Shown: piece after piece, positions 39,229 through 49,467 of the stretch
How the letters are laid out: each line of letters opens with the position of its first letter
How positions within the stretch are numbered: position 1 is the stretch's first letter
Assembly (NCBI GenBank): GCA_001871415.1
Contig: MNWW01000067.1
Span: forward strand, 1 to 64,000
DNA from: Candidatus Woesearchaeota archaeon CG1_02_57_44
Lineage (GTDB): Archaea; Nanobdellota; Nanobdellia; Woesearchaeales; CG1-02-57-44
Reading direction: 5' to 3'
DNA: 64,000 bases
Notes under the pieces: model-generated
The model's input: the letters and a program-made list of their open reading frames with translations, nothing else
What the model was told of the DNA's origin: nothing
Databases searched by the model: none
Program-made: the position numbers and the translations under genes

Positions 39229-39726
39229 TCACGCCCGTCGTATCAGCCGCTGCACATCGGGAACGCGGTTGGTGAGTCTTGTCAACAGCGATGCCCTTGA
39301 CGCTTCCATACGTGTGAGATCCTCCAGATCATAGAGCAGTATGCCTTGCTGCTGCGCGTAGGCAGCGGCTCTCAGGGTGTAGGTGCTGTTGGTGAGCATC
39401 TCCGCGCGCTTTCCTGGCACGCTGAGCAGCGAGAGCTGGCTGGCGAACTTGGCCACCTCGTCCAGGCCCACCTCATCGGATGTCCGATACTTGCACTCGG
39501 CAAAGCGCTCGTGCAGGCGCACACGATACACCAGGTCTATCTGGACTTTCATCTTATCTATAGTATAGAGCACATTGTGCCGGACTCCGCGATATCCTGC
39601 GTCCCGATAAAGTTGAGCGCAATAGCGCTCGAAGCGCTGTCCCATGGTGCTGGTCGCCTTGCGCGCAGAGCCCACAGTCGCACATGGCTTCTTGCTGCAA
39701 GCACGTCTTGGCGTATGATGGCCCAT
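39229..39726 (-). CDS. Mrr-like PD-(D/E)xK endonuclease
   Basis: G..FE..C..LY...GY, QIDL, AECK, TNS.YT..A. Confidence 0.85.
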   Translation of the reverse strand: MGHHTPRRACSKKPCATVGSARKATSTMGQRFERYCAQLYRDAGYRGVRHNVLYTIDKMKVQIDLVYRVRLHERFAECKYRTSDEVGLDEVAKFASQLSLLSVPGKRAEMLTNSTYTLRAAAYAQQQGILLYDLEDLTRMEASRASLLTRLTNRVPDVQRLIRRA

Positions 39727-39830
39727 ACATTCTCGATGACCGAGGTGCTTAAACAACCCTTTGGGAAAGAAAGCGGATGGGTTGCGGGATGGGCGGAAAA
39801 CTTCTTAACTATGACGCGGATTCCACTGCC

Positions 39831-41624
39831 ATGCGTCTTGAGGATGTGGTCGTTTCTGAATCCGATGGTCTTAGACGCCTGGGCAAAGGCCGGGCGGCGA
39901 CGGTCTATCTGGTCCCGACGAATGGGCATGCTGCTGGTGGCGCGCATGATCAGGTAGGGCGCCCCAGAAGTGCAGGGCACATGGTTCTCAAACGCTTCTC
40001 TGGGCATGATTCGCTCACGTCGCTGGTCAATGTGCTCTGCAGCGGCGCGCCGAACCACTACGCATGGAATCCTGACGCCATCGAGTCGGCTCATCATGTC
40101 AGGACCATCCTGGGCATGCTGGTCCCGTTCTGGACCGAGGAGCGCATGAGCGTGGCTGCTTCATATGGATATTCATTCAATGACGAGAACAATTGCTTTC
40201 AATTGCATTGCGACTATGTAGATGGCAGGCACGCGGCGCTCCATCATCCTTTCTCCGCAAGCCGTGAACAAGAACTGCCTGAGCTACGTACGTTGCTTAG
40301 GGACCTGGAATCCACGCTGCCGGACTGGAGTTTTTCTGGTGCTGTGTGGCAGGCAGGCAAGGGGCATCCCCTGGGTATAGGCAATTTCATGAACGAGGAA
40401 GGCGAAGACGGCAGATGGGTCTGGGTCGATCTGGAATCAGGGGTGCCTGCGCTATTCCCGCTCGATCCTGTCACCTTGCTCACCTATTATCTTCCTCGGG
40501 CCTTTGCGGCAGGGAGGCCACTGTTCGATGATGTGGACGCCGAGCTGCTGATGTCCCAGGTGAGCTCGCACGATGCGCTGCATGAGTACCTTGGTCCTGC
40601 GCAGATCTATACCGTCGGGGTGATGCCCGGAACGCTGCCCTAGCTGCATGAGTACCTTGGTCCTGCGCAGATGGACCAGTTGCAGGGGACTGTCAGCGAA
40701 CTTGCGCTCTCCCAAGCAGCATGGAAGGGCAAGAGCAGATTGCAGAATTCCATCTCCTACCAACAGCATCGCGGTGGCATATCCGAAAGACAGGCAGCAT
40801 GGTATGAGCAGCATCCTGTACGCTGGTATGCCCGCGAAGGAACGAGGCTCACGGGAAAAGCGATACGATATGTATCCCTTGACGTCCCGGGCAAGGCCTG
40901 GCAAGGGCTCGTCAATGCTGCCAGACAGTTCCTGCCTGCTGCCAGGCATTGGGGCCGCTGCGTCGTCTCCAGCCCCTATCGGATGCAGGCGCTGCATGAT
41001 TACGTCGATGATCGCATAACCTTCTGGGAGGGACGCAAGCAGCTATCCGCTGATGAGGCAGCGCATCTTCGCTCGCAGCTGACCCAGGAACATACGAGCT
41101 CATTCATCACGGACGTGATGGGCCAGGCGCTGCTCAAGCCGCTGGAAGCTCTGTTGTTTCCTTCATTGGCCACGGCACTATATTCCTCTGGTGTCATCGA
41201 TGAGGCGCAGGCCGGAGCGCTTGTTGTCGCAGGAGGTTCCATCTCCCGCTCTGCTTATACAATGGTGCGCATGCTGCAGGACAGGTCCAGTAGGAAAGGT
41301 CCTGCTGATGCTGCATCCCCCGGTGATGAGAACAGCCGCGGGTTCATCGGCAGATTCCTTGACAATAGGGGGGTCGCGCTGCTCTGGGGGGCTATCCCTA
41401 CTGCGGGCAATCTCGCCTACCCCTTGCAGATGGTCTACTCCGGCAGCACCTCCGACCATGACCTTGGCGCATTTCTCGTCTATGATGCCATGTCCCGTCT
41501 GGGCCGGAAGATCCCTATCTACGGCGGAGAGAACAGCGGCACAGAACATGCTCTATGCCGGCTGCCTGATGTGCTCGTGCGACAGAGAGGCCTGTCTACT
41601 GTGTCCATCTGTCAAGAAGTCTAG
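39831..41624 (+). pseudogene. kinase-like protein gene interrupted by a 66-bp in-frame insertion carrying a TAG stop (40641-40643)
   Basis: ORFs 39777-40643 and 40671-41624 share a frame; LGKGRAATVY, VLK, NF..WVDLE kinase-like motifs. Confidence 0.75.
40577..40672. repeat. 30-bp direct repeat flanking a 36-bp unique insert
   Basis: gctgcatgagtaccttggtcctgcgcagat at 40577-40606 and 40643-40672. Confidence 0.95.
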
Positions 41625-41634
41625 CAGGTAGTCT

Positions 41635-42381
41635 CTAGCACATCCATCTCGCCCGGAAGATGCCGCCAAAGAACCGTGCCACGCCTTTCAGTTTCGCCTT
41701 GGGCGAGAAGGCCCACTTGGACGCGCCGTGCAGGCGCGCACCAAAGTCGACCGGGAATTCCGTGATGGCATAGTGCGCGCGCTTCGCTTTGGCCAGGAGG
41801 TAGAGGTCCAGGGAGAAATCCTTTGGCGCATCGTCGAGCAATGCGAGCAATTCCCTTGGAAACACTTTCGGCTGAGCGTTTATCTCATGCAGCCATGATA
41901 GGAACACGACGCTGGCGAGCGCGCCATAGCACCAGGTGAAGACGGCGTCGATTGGCTTTCTGCCTTTGCGCGCGCCTTTGACCAGGTGCTTGGTCATCTG
42001 ACGGTCCTGATACATATGGTATGCCTTGAACACGTCTTCAGGAGGGGTCTGCAGATCCGCGTGGGTATAGGCGAGGACCTTGCCTTTGGCCGCGCGAAGA
42101 CCTGTCAGGATGCCATGGCCATAGCCGATGTTGACGGGCACGAGCACGGTACGGGCGAAGCCGTACTGTCGCTTGGATAGCTCTCGCTTCAGCACAGCCG
42201 CGGTGTCATCAGCGCTGCCATTGTTGACGAGGATAAGTTCAACACGCACGCTTTTGAGCACAGGCATGAACCTGCGCAGGATGTGCGGGATGTTCTTTGC
42301 TTCATTGTAGCAGGGAACAATGATGCTGAGCTCTGGCGCGAGCGATGACTTTCGGTTCATTTCCTGTGCGCGTGTTACCAT
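41635..42381 (-). CDS. GT2 glycosyltransferase (DPM1-like)
   Basis: SIIVPCYNE, NNGSAD, N.GYG, HADLQ, R..G.SK. Confidence 0.93.
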   Translation of the reverse strand: MVTRAQEMNRKSSLAPELSIIVPCYNEAKNIPHILRRFMPVLKSVRVELILVNNGSADDTAAVLKRELSKRQYGFARTVLVPVNIGYGHGILTGLRAAKGKVLAYTHADLQTPPEDVFKAYHMYQDRQMTKHLVKGARKGRKPIDAVFTWCYGALASVVFLSWLHEINAQPKVFPRELLALLDDAPKDFSLDLYLLAKAKRAHYAITEFPVDFGARLHGASKWAFSPKAKLKGVARFFGGIFRARWMC

Positions 42382-42449
42382 TGTTGACTCCTTGTATGCT
42401 GCTGTTTCGGTTCAAACGCCGATGCTTTCCCTGCTCCTGCGTGTCTCTT

Positions 42450-44198
42450 CTATTGTTCAACAGGACAACTTCCTGACGCGCCCACCTTGTTGAGCCGCTC
42501 GTAGACAATGACCGTGCTTGGTGTTCCTGGTCCCATGATACGACAACGCAGGGAGGGGAAATTGCCGCAGCCGATGTCATCATACGCGACATCGTGACGC
42601 ACAAAGCCCTGAAGGGGAAGCGGTGTGTCAGAGACCACCCAGTTCGCGAACAGAGTGCTGGATTCAGTGAAGCTCCGAGCAGTGCTTGCTACTGTTTCCT
42701 TATCCATATCCAGCGCAAGGGTGTCATTCCACCGGAATCCCGTCGGCGTGTACATGCATTGGTCCACCGTCAGCAGCAGCGGTCCCTTGAGCCGCCAGTC
42801 CAGCAGGGCTGCGATGTCGTGAGGTTGCGCATTGGCCTGCAGGAAGAGCGATACTGCTTCAGTCTTATCTGTCGTCGGATTGGTGATCTCGCGTGCGTAG
42901 TCAAAGAGCAGCATCCTTGGTTTGGCGGCGTCTTGAAACTGGCTGAAGGAGGAGGAACCAAAGGATGCGCCGATGCGCTGCTGCAAAGGCAGCGCTGCCA
43001 TCACAGGCAATGCGCTGATGAGATTACTGCAGACAAGCAGTATGACCAGGGGCCATGCCAGTCTGCCGGCGCGCATCACCAGGACAGCGCTGATTATGGC
43101 AAAGAAGGGGAGCGTGAACAGGATGTGATGGAATAAGGCGGTTCCTGCTGGCATGATGATTATGGCCGCAAGGATGGTGATGATGGGCACTGCTTTGATG
43201 CGTCGGGGAAGCGGTCCGATTGCGCTGCTGACGGGAAGAAGCGCGAGCAACAGCAAGAGCAACGGGAACAGATGGTTATTGATGTCAAAGAGATACTGCA
43301 GCGAATGGACAAGCAGCTTGTGCGCGAATGACATAGGCACGCCGACATTGCCCGCGTTGCCCAGCAGATTCGCCCATAAGGCCCAGGGTACGCTCAGAAG
43401 CAAGAACGCCACAAGAGCGACCGCAGCCTGGATAAGGTGTTGACGTCGTCGGTGTGATGGTATGGCGGCGATGTCGAGCAAGTAAGCACCCATCAGGCCT
43501 ATCAGCGCGGTGATGGCTAAGGTGTAGGAGCTATGGAACAGCAGCACCGGCGCTATAGCTACCATGATGGTACCACTCGGCTGATGCGCGAGGAAACGCT
43601 CGTATCCTTCAGCCAGCAGGAGCATGGCGAATACCGCTATGCTATAGTAGCGCGCCTGGCGGATGTAGAGGAGCAGCATGACATTGAGGGCAAAAAGCAA
43701 TTGCGCCATGAGCAGTGCCGTGCTTTTCAGGAATCTGCTGACGTACAAGGAAAACAACAACAGGGAAAGCAGCCCGATGATGGCGAAGGGCAGACGCGCA
43801 AGGAACGTGCTGCGGCCAGCGAGCAGGAATGGCGCGGTGATGAAATCGTAAGCAGGGGAGTTGGCTACCCAGATTCCTTGCCTGACCGGAAAGCCTTGCT
43901 GCTCTGAGGGTGGGACGAGCATATTGCCGCAATTGACGGTTGGCGCATGGCAGCGCAATATGTTGAGCGCAGGTATCGCTATGTTGGTCTCATCGCCCTG
44001 CAGGGAGCGATCACCGAGCGATGCGAAGATGAGTATGGCGAACAACAGCAGCAGCCATACCGGACAGGACGGCTTGCCGTCAGCAGGCTGGAGTTGGTAT
44101 CTTCCTGTCAGACCTCCTGTCTGGAGGGTTGTTCCGACCGAGGATCTTCGCTGTGCCCGTCGTGCGGTCATTGGGCTTCTTGCGCCAGGATCCGGCAT
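42450..44198 (-). CDS. GT-C/ArnT-like membrane glycosyltransferase
   Basis: GDE after TM1, ARLP, RQARYY; polytopic. Confidence 0.8.
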   Translation of the reverse strand: MPDPGARSPMTARRAQRRSSVGTTLQTGGLTGRYQLQPADGKPSCPVWLLLLFAILIFASLGDRSLQGDETNIAIPALNILRCHAPTVNCGNMLVPPSEQQGFPVRQGIWVANSPAYDFITAPFLLAGRSTFLARLPFAIIGLLSLLLFSLYVSRFLKSTALLMAQLLFALNVMLLLYIRQARYYSIAVFAMLLLAEGYERFLAHQPSGTIMVAIAPVLLFHSSYTLAITALIGLMGAYLLDIAAIPSHRRRQHLIQAAVALVAFLLLSVPWALWANLLGNAGNVGVPMSFAHKLLVHSLQYLFDINNHLFPLLLLLLALLPVSSAIGPLPRRIKAVPIITILAAIIIMPAGTALFHHILFTLPFFAIISAVLVMRAGRLAWPLVILLVCSNLISALPVMAALPLQQRIGASFGSSSFSQFQDAAKPRMLLFDYAREITNPTTDKTEAVSLFLQANAQPHDIAALLDWRLKGPLLLTVDQCMYTPTGFRWNDTLALDMDKETVASTARSFTESSTLFANWVVSDTPLPLQGFVRHDVAYDDIGCGNFPSLRCRIMGPGTPSTVIVYERLNKVGASGSCPVEQ

Positions 44199-44272
44199 AC
44201 CAGAGTGAATCCCCGCCGCGTTTATATAGGTTTTCCAGCACATTTTTATTGCGCTTGCGCATCCTCTCGGTC

Positions 44273-46795
44273 ATGTCCGGGGAGTTCACCAGCAGCATCA
44301 TAGCAGTGGCTGTGGCGCTGCTCCTTGGTCTTGTCCTGTCTCCTCCGCTTGCGCTTCTCGCAGGCGTGGTCGCATATGCTGCTTCCTGCTGGCCGCGTCT
44401 GCGGCGCGGCAGTCTGCTGCGTCTCGCGCTTGGTTATCTCTTTGGCATTGCTGGGGTCATGACCCTGTCAAGAGGGTCCCTGACTGCGGCTGGCGTAGCA
44501 GCTGACCCAGCAGGCCTTGCGCCCCTTTGGTGGGGTGTCCTTGGTATGGTGCTCTTCTGCGTCCTGGCCAAGCCGCTGGACACGATGCAAGTGCCCAAGG
44601 TCATGCGACATCCCCTGTTCCTCTGGATCCTGCTTGTCAAGCTGGCACTATCACTTTTTTTCGGCTCGCACTATTATGTTGACGGCACGATGCCATTTGT
44701 CTCTCACTTCATCACGTCAGGATTCGCGAATCCATACGATGCGTTCCTCGCGCTTGGCCAGGTCAAGGCGTTCCCATACAGCACAGCCATGCTGCTGTTC
44801 CTGGCATTGCCGTTGTTTGTGCTCTCTCCTTTGTGGTCCGGATCCTTGTTTGCCAGCGGCGTTGCTGCTGGTCTGGGCCCTTCCGGTGCCGTCGGTGGTG
44901 CAGGAGCCAGTATGCTTCAGCTGCTGTTGTTTCGCCTACCGCTGCTGCTCGCGGACATCGGCATATTGCTGCTGCTCTGCAGGATGCTTCCGACGCGCGA
45001 GGAAAAAGTACTGTGGTATTACTGGGCAAGCCCTATCGCCATCTATATCACGTATTTCCATGGCCAGCTTGATGTCATTCCTGTCTTTCTGCTGCTCGCG
45101 TCGCTCTACTTGCTCTTGCGCGAGCAGTACCCTGCGTCCTTCGCCGTGCTTGGACTCGCGCTCTCGGCCAAAGCCAATATCTTTGTCGCGGTACCGTTCA
45201 TCTTCCTCTACCTTTGGCGCCGGCGACAGAGCCTGGAACGCATCATCGGTCACTTTGCCCTGAGCGGTGTGGTGTATGCCATCTTGGCGTTGCCCTTCGT
45301 CTCCTCGCCGGGTTATCAGGCACTGGTGGTGCACGCTGAAGAGCAGTTCTGGCTCTTCTTGCTGCAAGTGCCCTACCACGTCCAGGGCCTGGTCCTGTAT
45401 CTCGCTCCGCTCGCGCTGGTGTTGTTCTTTTTTCGCGTCGCTTATTTCAAGACCTTCAGCCAGAACGGATTGTTCATGTCCCTGGCTGTCGCGTTCACCT
45501 TGCTCGTCACCCTTGTCCCTCCGCGGCCAGGATGGTTCTACTGGTCAATCCCGTTCCTGGCGTATTTCTTCATCAGGGATGAGCGTCTCAGCAAGAAATA
45601 TTACACGCTCATCAACGGCTCGTATCTCCTGTACTTTCTCGTCCTCTCTCCGCAATCTGACCTGTTCTCGTCGCTGCGCGTACCAGCCGACATACTTCCT
45701 GTCAGCGTACCCTCTGCTTTTTTCGGCAGCAACGCGGTATTCTTCGCGAACCTTGGCTTCACGCTCTTTGTCGGTGTGCTGCTGTCCAATATCTATTTCA
45801 TCTATCGTCGTGGTCTTCTGGAGACCCTGGAGGTGCGCGAGCGCCCGCTCAGCATCGGTGTCGCCGGCGACTCTGGCAGCGGCAAGAGCACGCTCACAGG
45901 CATCATCAGCGACCTGGTCGGCGCGCACAACCTGACGGTGCTGGAGGGCGATGACCTTCACCGCTGGGAGCGCGGCGATGCCAATTGGGAGAGTCTGACA
46001 CATCTTGATCCCAAAGCCAACAAGCTAGCGCTCGACGCAGAGCATCTCGCCGCCATCAAGAACAGCCAGCAGGTCGAGCGACGGGAGTATGACCATGGAA
46101 ATGGTCAGTTCACGGACACGAAGTCCAAGGCGCCTGGCAGATTTGTCATCGTGTCAGGCCTGCACAGCTTTTATCTGGCGCGCATGCGCGCGTTGCTGGA
46201 CCTGAAGATCTTCCTTGAGCCGGAAGAAACCCTTCGCCGTGAATGGAAACTCACGCGCGACAGCGGTGAGCGAAAGCACAGCGGACGGGCCGTCGCCAGG
46301 CAGATACAAAAGCGCCTTCCGGACAGCAAGAAGCATATCCTGCCGCAGAGACAATTCGCTGACCTGGTGCTAAGATTCGTTCGAGAAGGCCCGGCGGCAT
46401 CATCCCGGAAAGCAGACAAACGCAAGCCGTCGCTGCTCCTGGAAGTGACGCTGAAGAATCACTATGATGTGCAGGCGCTGCTGGCAGCGCTCGACAACGC
46501 GCTGGTGTGCCATGACTACAGCGATGATCTGGAGCACATGAGCATGATGTTCAGCGAGCACATCACTTCCTCTCGGGTTGCTGGAGTCGTATCTGATGCA
46601 GGATCTCCAGCTAGTCCAGAGGCCCTGCTCACGCCTGAAGCGATAGCGCGCATCGCGTATCATCTGTATCCGAATCTGGAAGAGCTGCTGGACAACCGCA
46701 GGCCGCGATGGCGAGGAGGATACAATGGTATCATCCAGTTGCTCGTGCTGCTCTTGCTCGCTGATTCGGCGAGAACAGGTGAGTCTCATGGATGA
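44273..46795 (+). CDS. polytopic GT-C-like membrane protein fused to a phosphoribulokinase/uridine kinase domain
   Basis: FPY, HGQLD membrane domain; C-terminal GDSGSGKST, DDLH, YDH, GLH, WK..RD, I.PQ...AD. Confidence 0.85.
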   Translation: MSGEFTSSIIAVAVALLLGLVLSPPLALLAGVVAYAASCWPRLRRGSLLRLALGYLFGIAGVMTLSRGSLTAAGVAADPAGLAPLWWGVLGMVLFCVLAKPLDTMQVPKVMRHPLFLWILLVKLALSLFFGSHYYVDGTMPFVSHFITSGFANPYDAFLALGQVKAFPYSTAMLLFLALPLFVLSPLWSGSLFASGVAAGLGPSGAVGGAGASMLQLLLFRLPLLLADIGILLLLCRMLPTREEKVLWYYWASPIAIYITYFHGQLDVIPVFLLLASLYLLLREQYPASFAVLGLALSAKANIFVAVPFIFLYLWRRRQSLERIIGHFALSGVVYAILALPFVSSPGYQALVVHAEEQFWLFLLQVPYHVQGLVLYLAPLALVLFFFRVAYFKTFSQNGLFMSLAVAFTLLVTLVPPRPGWFYWSIPFLAYFFIRDERLSKKYYTLINGSYLLYFLVLSPQSDLFSSLRVPADILPVSVPSAFFGSNAVFFANLGFTLFVGVLLSNIYFIYRRGLLETLEVRERPLSIGVAGDSGSGKSTLTGIISDLVGAHNLTVLEGDDLHRWERGDANWESLTHLDPKANKLALDAEHLAAIKNSQQVERREYDHGNGQFTDTKSKAPGRFVIVSGLHSFYLARMRALLDLKIFLEPEETLRREWKLTRDSGERKHSGRAVARQIQKRLPDSKKHILPQRQFADLVLRFVREGPAASSRKADKRKPSLLLEVTLKNHYDVQALLAALDNALVCHDYSDDLEHMSMMFSEHITSSRVAGVVSDAGSPASPEALLTPEAIARIAYHLYPNLEELLDNRRPRWRGGYNGIIQLLVLLLLADSARTGESHG

Positions 46796-47903
46796 ACCGG
46801 CTCCTGCAGAGGATGAATGGAAAATACAGGGCCGGCCATCACTGCCCGGGAAGCTGCTCCAAGAATTTCTTGACGCTTGTCATGCTGTCGGTGCTGATAA
46901 GGCGCTGGTGCAGACGGGTGGAGGCAATATCTCCGTGAAGGTCTCGATGCCAGTGGATACGCTGGGTGCCGATGGTCTTGGCGCGAAGGCAGGGCAGCAA
47001 GCATCCCTGATGCTCATCAAGGCCAGCGGCACTGACCTCGCGGAGGTGAGCGCGTCCCGCGGCTGGTCGTTGGTGCAACAGGATGTCATTGGCACATTTG
47101 TCCATGCTCAGGGGGATGGCAAGTCTTCAGAACAGAAGCCCGAGGCTGAATACACGCGCGCCATTGCCAGCGCGCTGATGAGCGGAGCGCGTCCGAGCAT
47201 GGAGACAGGATTCCACGCGCTGCTTGGAAAGGCCATCGTGCACACGCACCCCGTGGCGATCAATGGTCTGCTGTGCACAGAGGAATGGGAATCTTTGGTT
47301 GACAAGTTGTACCCTGGCTCCTGCAAGGTCGCATTCGCGCTCCCCGGACTACCATTGTCACTTGCCATCTGGCGTGCGCTCGCTCGCTTCACCGTGGCGG
47401 GAAAGAGCTCACCGCGCAGGATATTCCTGCAGAACCATGGACTCATCTGCGTCGGCGAGACGCTTGCAGAAGCGGTATCACTGACGCAGGATACGGTCAA
47501 GACCGCGATCGATCACTACTATGATGAGGGCATCACATATCAGGCCCCGACGCCAGGACTGGATCGTGCTTTTGTCGCGCAGAGCGGCATTGACTTCACG
47601 CAGCACCTGTTCCCGGATTCTGTGGTGTTCTTTCCTGACGGTATCGGTCCGGGCGGCAGGCAGGATATCGCGCTCGCGTGGCTTGCCATCGCGCATCTCG
47701 CATGGCAGGTGGGCAGCGTGCATTACCTGCCCGCTGACGCCGTTTCTTCGCTGCTAGCCATGGAAGCCGAGAGATTCCGGCGGCGACAAGGTGTTGTCGC
47801 ATCGTCAAGCGCGCTGTCCGCGAAGGCTGATGCGCCAGCGGGCGATGGCCAAAAACCTGATAGCAAACTCGAGGGCACTGCGCAGCAAGAGGATTCTTTA
47901 TGA
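46788..47903 (+). CDS. class II aldolase/adducin family protein
   Basis: GGNISVK, KASG, RPSMET..H, HTHP, NHG, FPD. Confidence 0.88.
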   Translation: MDEPAPAEDEWKIQGRPSLPGKLLQEFLDACHAVGADKALVQTGGGNISVKVSMPVDTLGADGLGAKAGQQASLMLIKASGTDLAEVSASRGWSLVQQDVIGTFVHAQGDGKSSEQKPEAEYTRAIASALMSGARPSMETGFHALLGKAIVHTHPVAINGLLCTEEWESLVDKLYPGSCKVAFALPGLPLSLAIWRALARFTVAGKSSPRRIFLQNHGLICVGETLAEAVSLTQDTVKTAIDHYYDEGITYQAPTPGLDRAFVAQSGIDFTQHLFPDSVVFFPDGIGPGGRQDIALAWLAIAHLAWQVGSVHYLPADAVSSLLAMEAERFRRRQGVVASSSALSAKADAPAGDGQKPDSKLEGTAQQEDSL

Positions 47904-49405
47904 GAGTCATCATCCCCATGTCCGGCATGGGCAAGCGATTTCTTGACGCGGGCATCAAGACGCCAAAACCACTCATCGAGATTGACGGAAGACCCGTTAT
48001 TGAGCATATCGTACGCATGTTCCCTGATGGGGAATTCGTCTTCATCTGCAACAGTGAGCATCTCGCGACGACACCGCTGCGGCGTGTGCTCAAGCGTGTC
48101 GCTCCTGGATGCACCATTGTGGAGATAGCGCCGCACAAGAAAGGACCTGTGTATGCGGTGCTGCAGGCGGCGGAGCATATAGCTGATGATGAAGAGGTCG
48201 TCGTGAACTACTGCGACTTTGGCTGGCATTGGGACTACGATGACTTTTGCAGCTTTGTCGCGCGCCCAGAGGTCGAGGGGTGCATTCCCTCCTACAAGGG
48301 CTTTCATCCCCATAGTCTCGGCACGACGTACTACGCCTATCTCAAGGTGGACGCGTCCGACCGGCTCCTGGAGCTGCGCGAGAAGGAATCTTTCACTGAC
48401 GAACGCATGCAGGAATACGCGTCATCAGGGACCTATTATTTCAAGAAAGGCGCCCACGTCAAAAAGTATTTTCAGCAGGCCATGGATGAGGGCGTGCAGA
48501 AGAACGGTGAATACTATGTCAGCCTGGTCTACAACCTGATGAGCGCTGACGGGTTGAAGGTCTTTGCCTACGAGATACCATACTTCCTCCAGTGGGGGAC
48601 GCCTGAAGATCTGATGGAATATCTCTCGTGGTCGAATGCGTTCCGGCTCACAGCGCAGATCCGCGACGGAACGTTGCTGGAGGAATCGTTGAGCGCTGTC
48701 AGCTGGATGGCTGGCGCAGGAGAGCGGCCCTTCCAGCTGCTGGAAGACAAGCCCGTGTTCGTGGAGTCATTGCTCAGTTTTCCCAAAGCCGCGCGTTATA
48801 TCTTCGTGCTCGATGACACGCAACGTCTGTACGGCGAGCGCATCGGCATACACTTCCCGGGGGCACAGATCTGCTCAGTAGATGAAGCGACCGGCGCTGA
48901 TGGGGCGAAGGGCGTGCTCTCAGATGCCCATGCTCATGGCGCTGTCTTGCTGGCTCCCTGGGATAAGCTCTGCTGGTGGGATCTGCATGTCTTCGTGAGC
49001 ATGGCTGACGCGCCACTGCTCTGGACGTTCTCCAACACGGTCAATCTGCGAAGGCATCCGACACGATACACGTTTCTGTCCACGGTGACATCGGGTGGAG
49101 TAAAGGTCGTGTCCGAGGAGGGGAAAGACGGTCGGGTGCCGAGCGACGCTCAGGATACGCAAGCGTATCTGGGCGCGGTGTTCCTGCCGCAGGTCAAGAA
49201 AGGCAAGCGATCCGCTGGCCAGGAAGAAAGCATCTCCTGGGAGGGCATGGCGTCAGGCGAAGCGACTGCCATCGCAGCGCTCGGCAAGCCGGGCGCCCGG
49301 CTTTTCCCTGTGGATAAATGCATCGAGCTGAGCACAGACGACGATGTCGCGACGTATCGCTACTGGTCGCGCTACTTTCGGCTGTGCGACCATCATCCGC
49401 GGTGA
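47900..49405 (+). CDS. NTP-transferase (GT-A fold) with a second degenerate domain
   Basis: IIPMSG.G.RF, PKPL, YCD, EK, GEYYV, WGTPEDL. Confidence 0.88.
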   Translation: MRVIIPMSGMGKRFLDAGIKTPKPLIEIDGRPVIEHIVRMFPDGEFVFICNSEHLATTPLRRVLKRVAPGCTIVEIAPHKKGPVYAVLQAAEHIADDEEVVVNYCDFGWHWDYDDFCSFVARPEVEGCIPSYKGFHPHSLGTTYYAYLKVDASDRLLELREKESFTDERMQEYASSGTYYFKKGAHVKKYFQQAMDEGVQKNGEYYVSLVYNLMSADGLKVFAYEIPYFLQWGTPEDLMEYLSWSNAFRLTAQIRDGTLLEESLSAVSWMAGAGERPFQLLEDKPVFVESLLSFPKAARYIFVLDDTQRLYGERIGIHFPGAQICSVDEATGADGAKGVLSDAHAHGAVLLAPWDKLCWWDLHVFVSMADAPLLWTFSNTVNLRRHPTRYTFLSTVTSGGVKVVSEEGKDGRVPSDAQDTQAYLGAVFLPQVKKGKRSAGQEESISWEGMASGEATAIAALGKPGARLFPVDKCIELSTDDDVATYRYWSRYFRLCDHHPR

Positions 49406-49467
49406 GTGCCCGCGTCACGCTGTATTCAACTGAAGTAATATATAGAAGCATGACCCTCCTATGCACC

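Noticed and set aside
9637..40643. Shared words (ggaacgc, gcccta) between the tRNA-iMet spacer and the 36-bp insert
   Set aside because: Matches of 6-7 nt are too short to support a common element
40641..40643. Amber readthrough or pyrrolysine recoding
   Set aside because: TAG ends intact genes here (cysE, dapA, PINA), no pyl genes are seen, and the stop is explained by the insertion
40577..40672. True CRISPR array
   Set aside because: Only two repeats; the repeat is the gene's own coding sequence; no leader or cas genes
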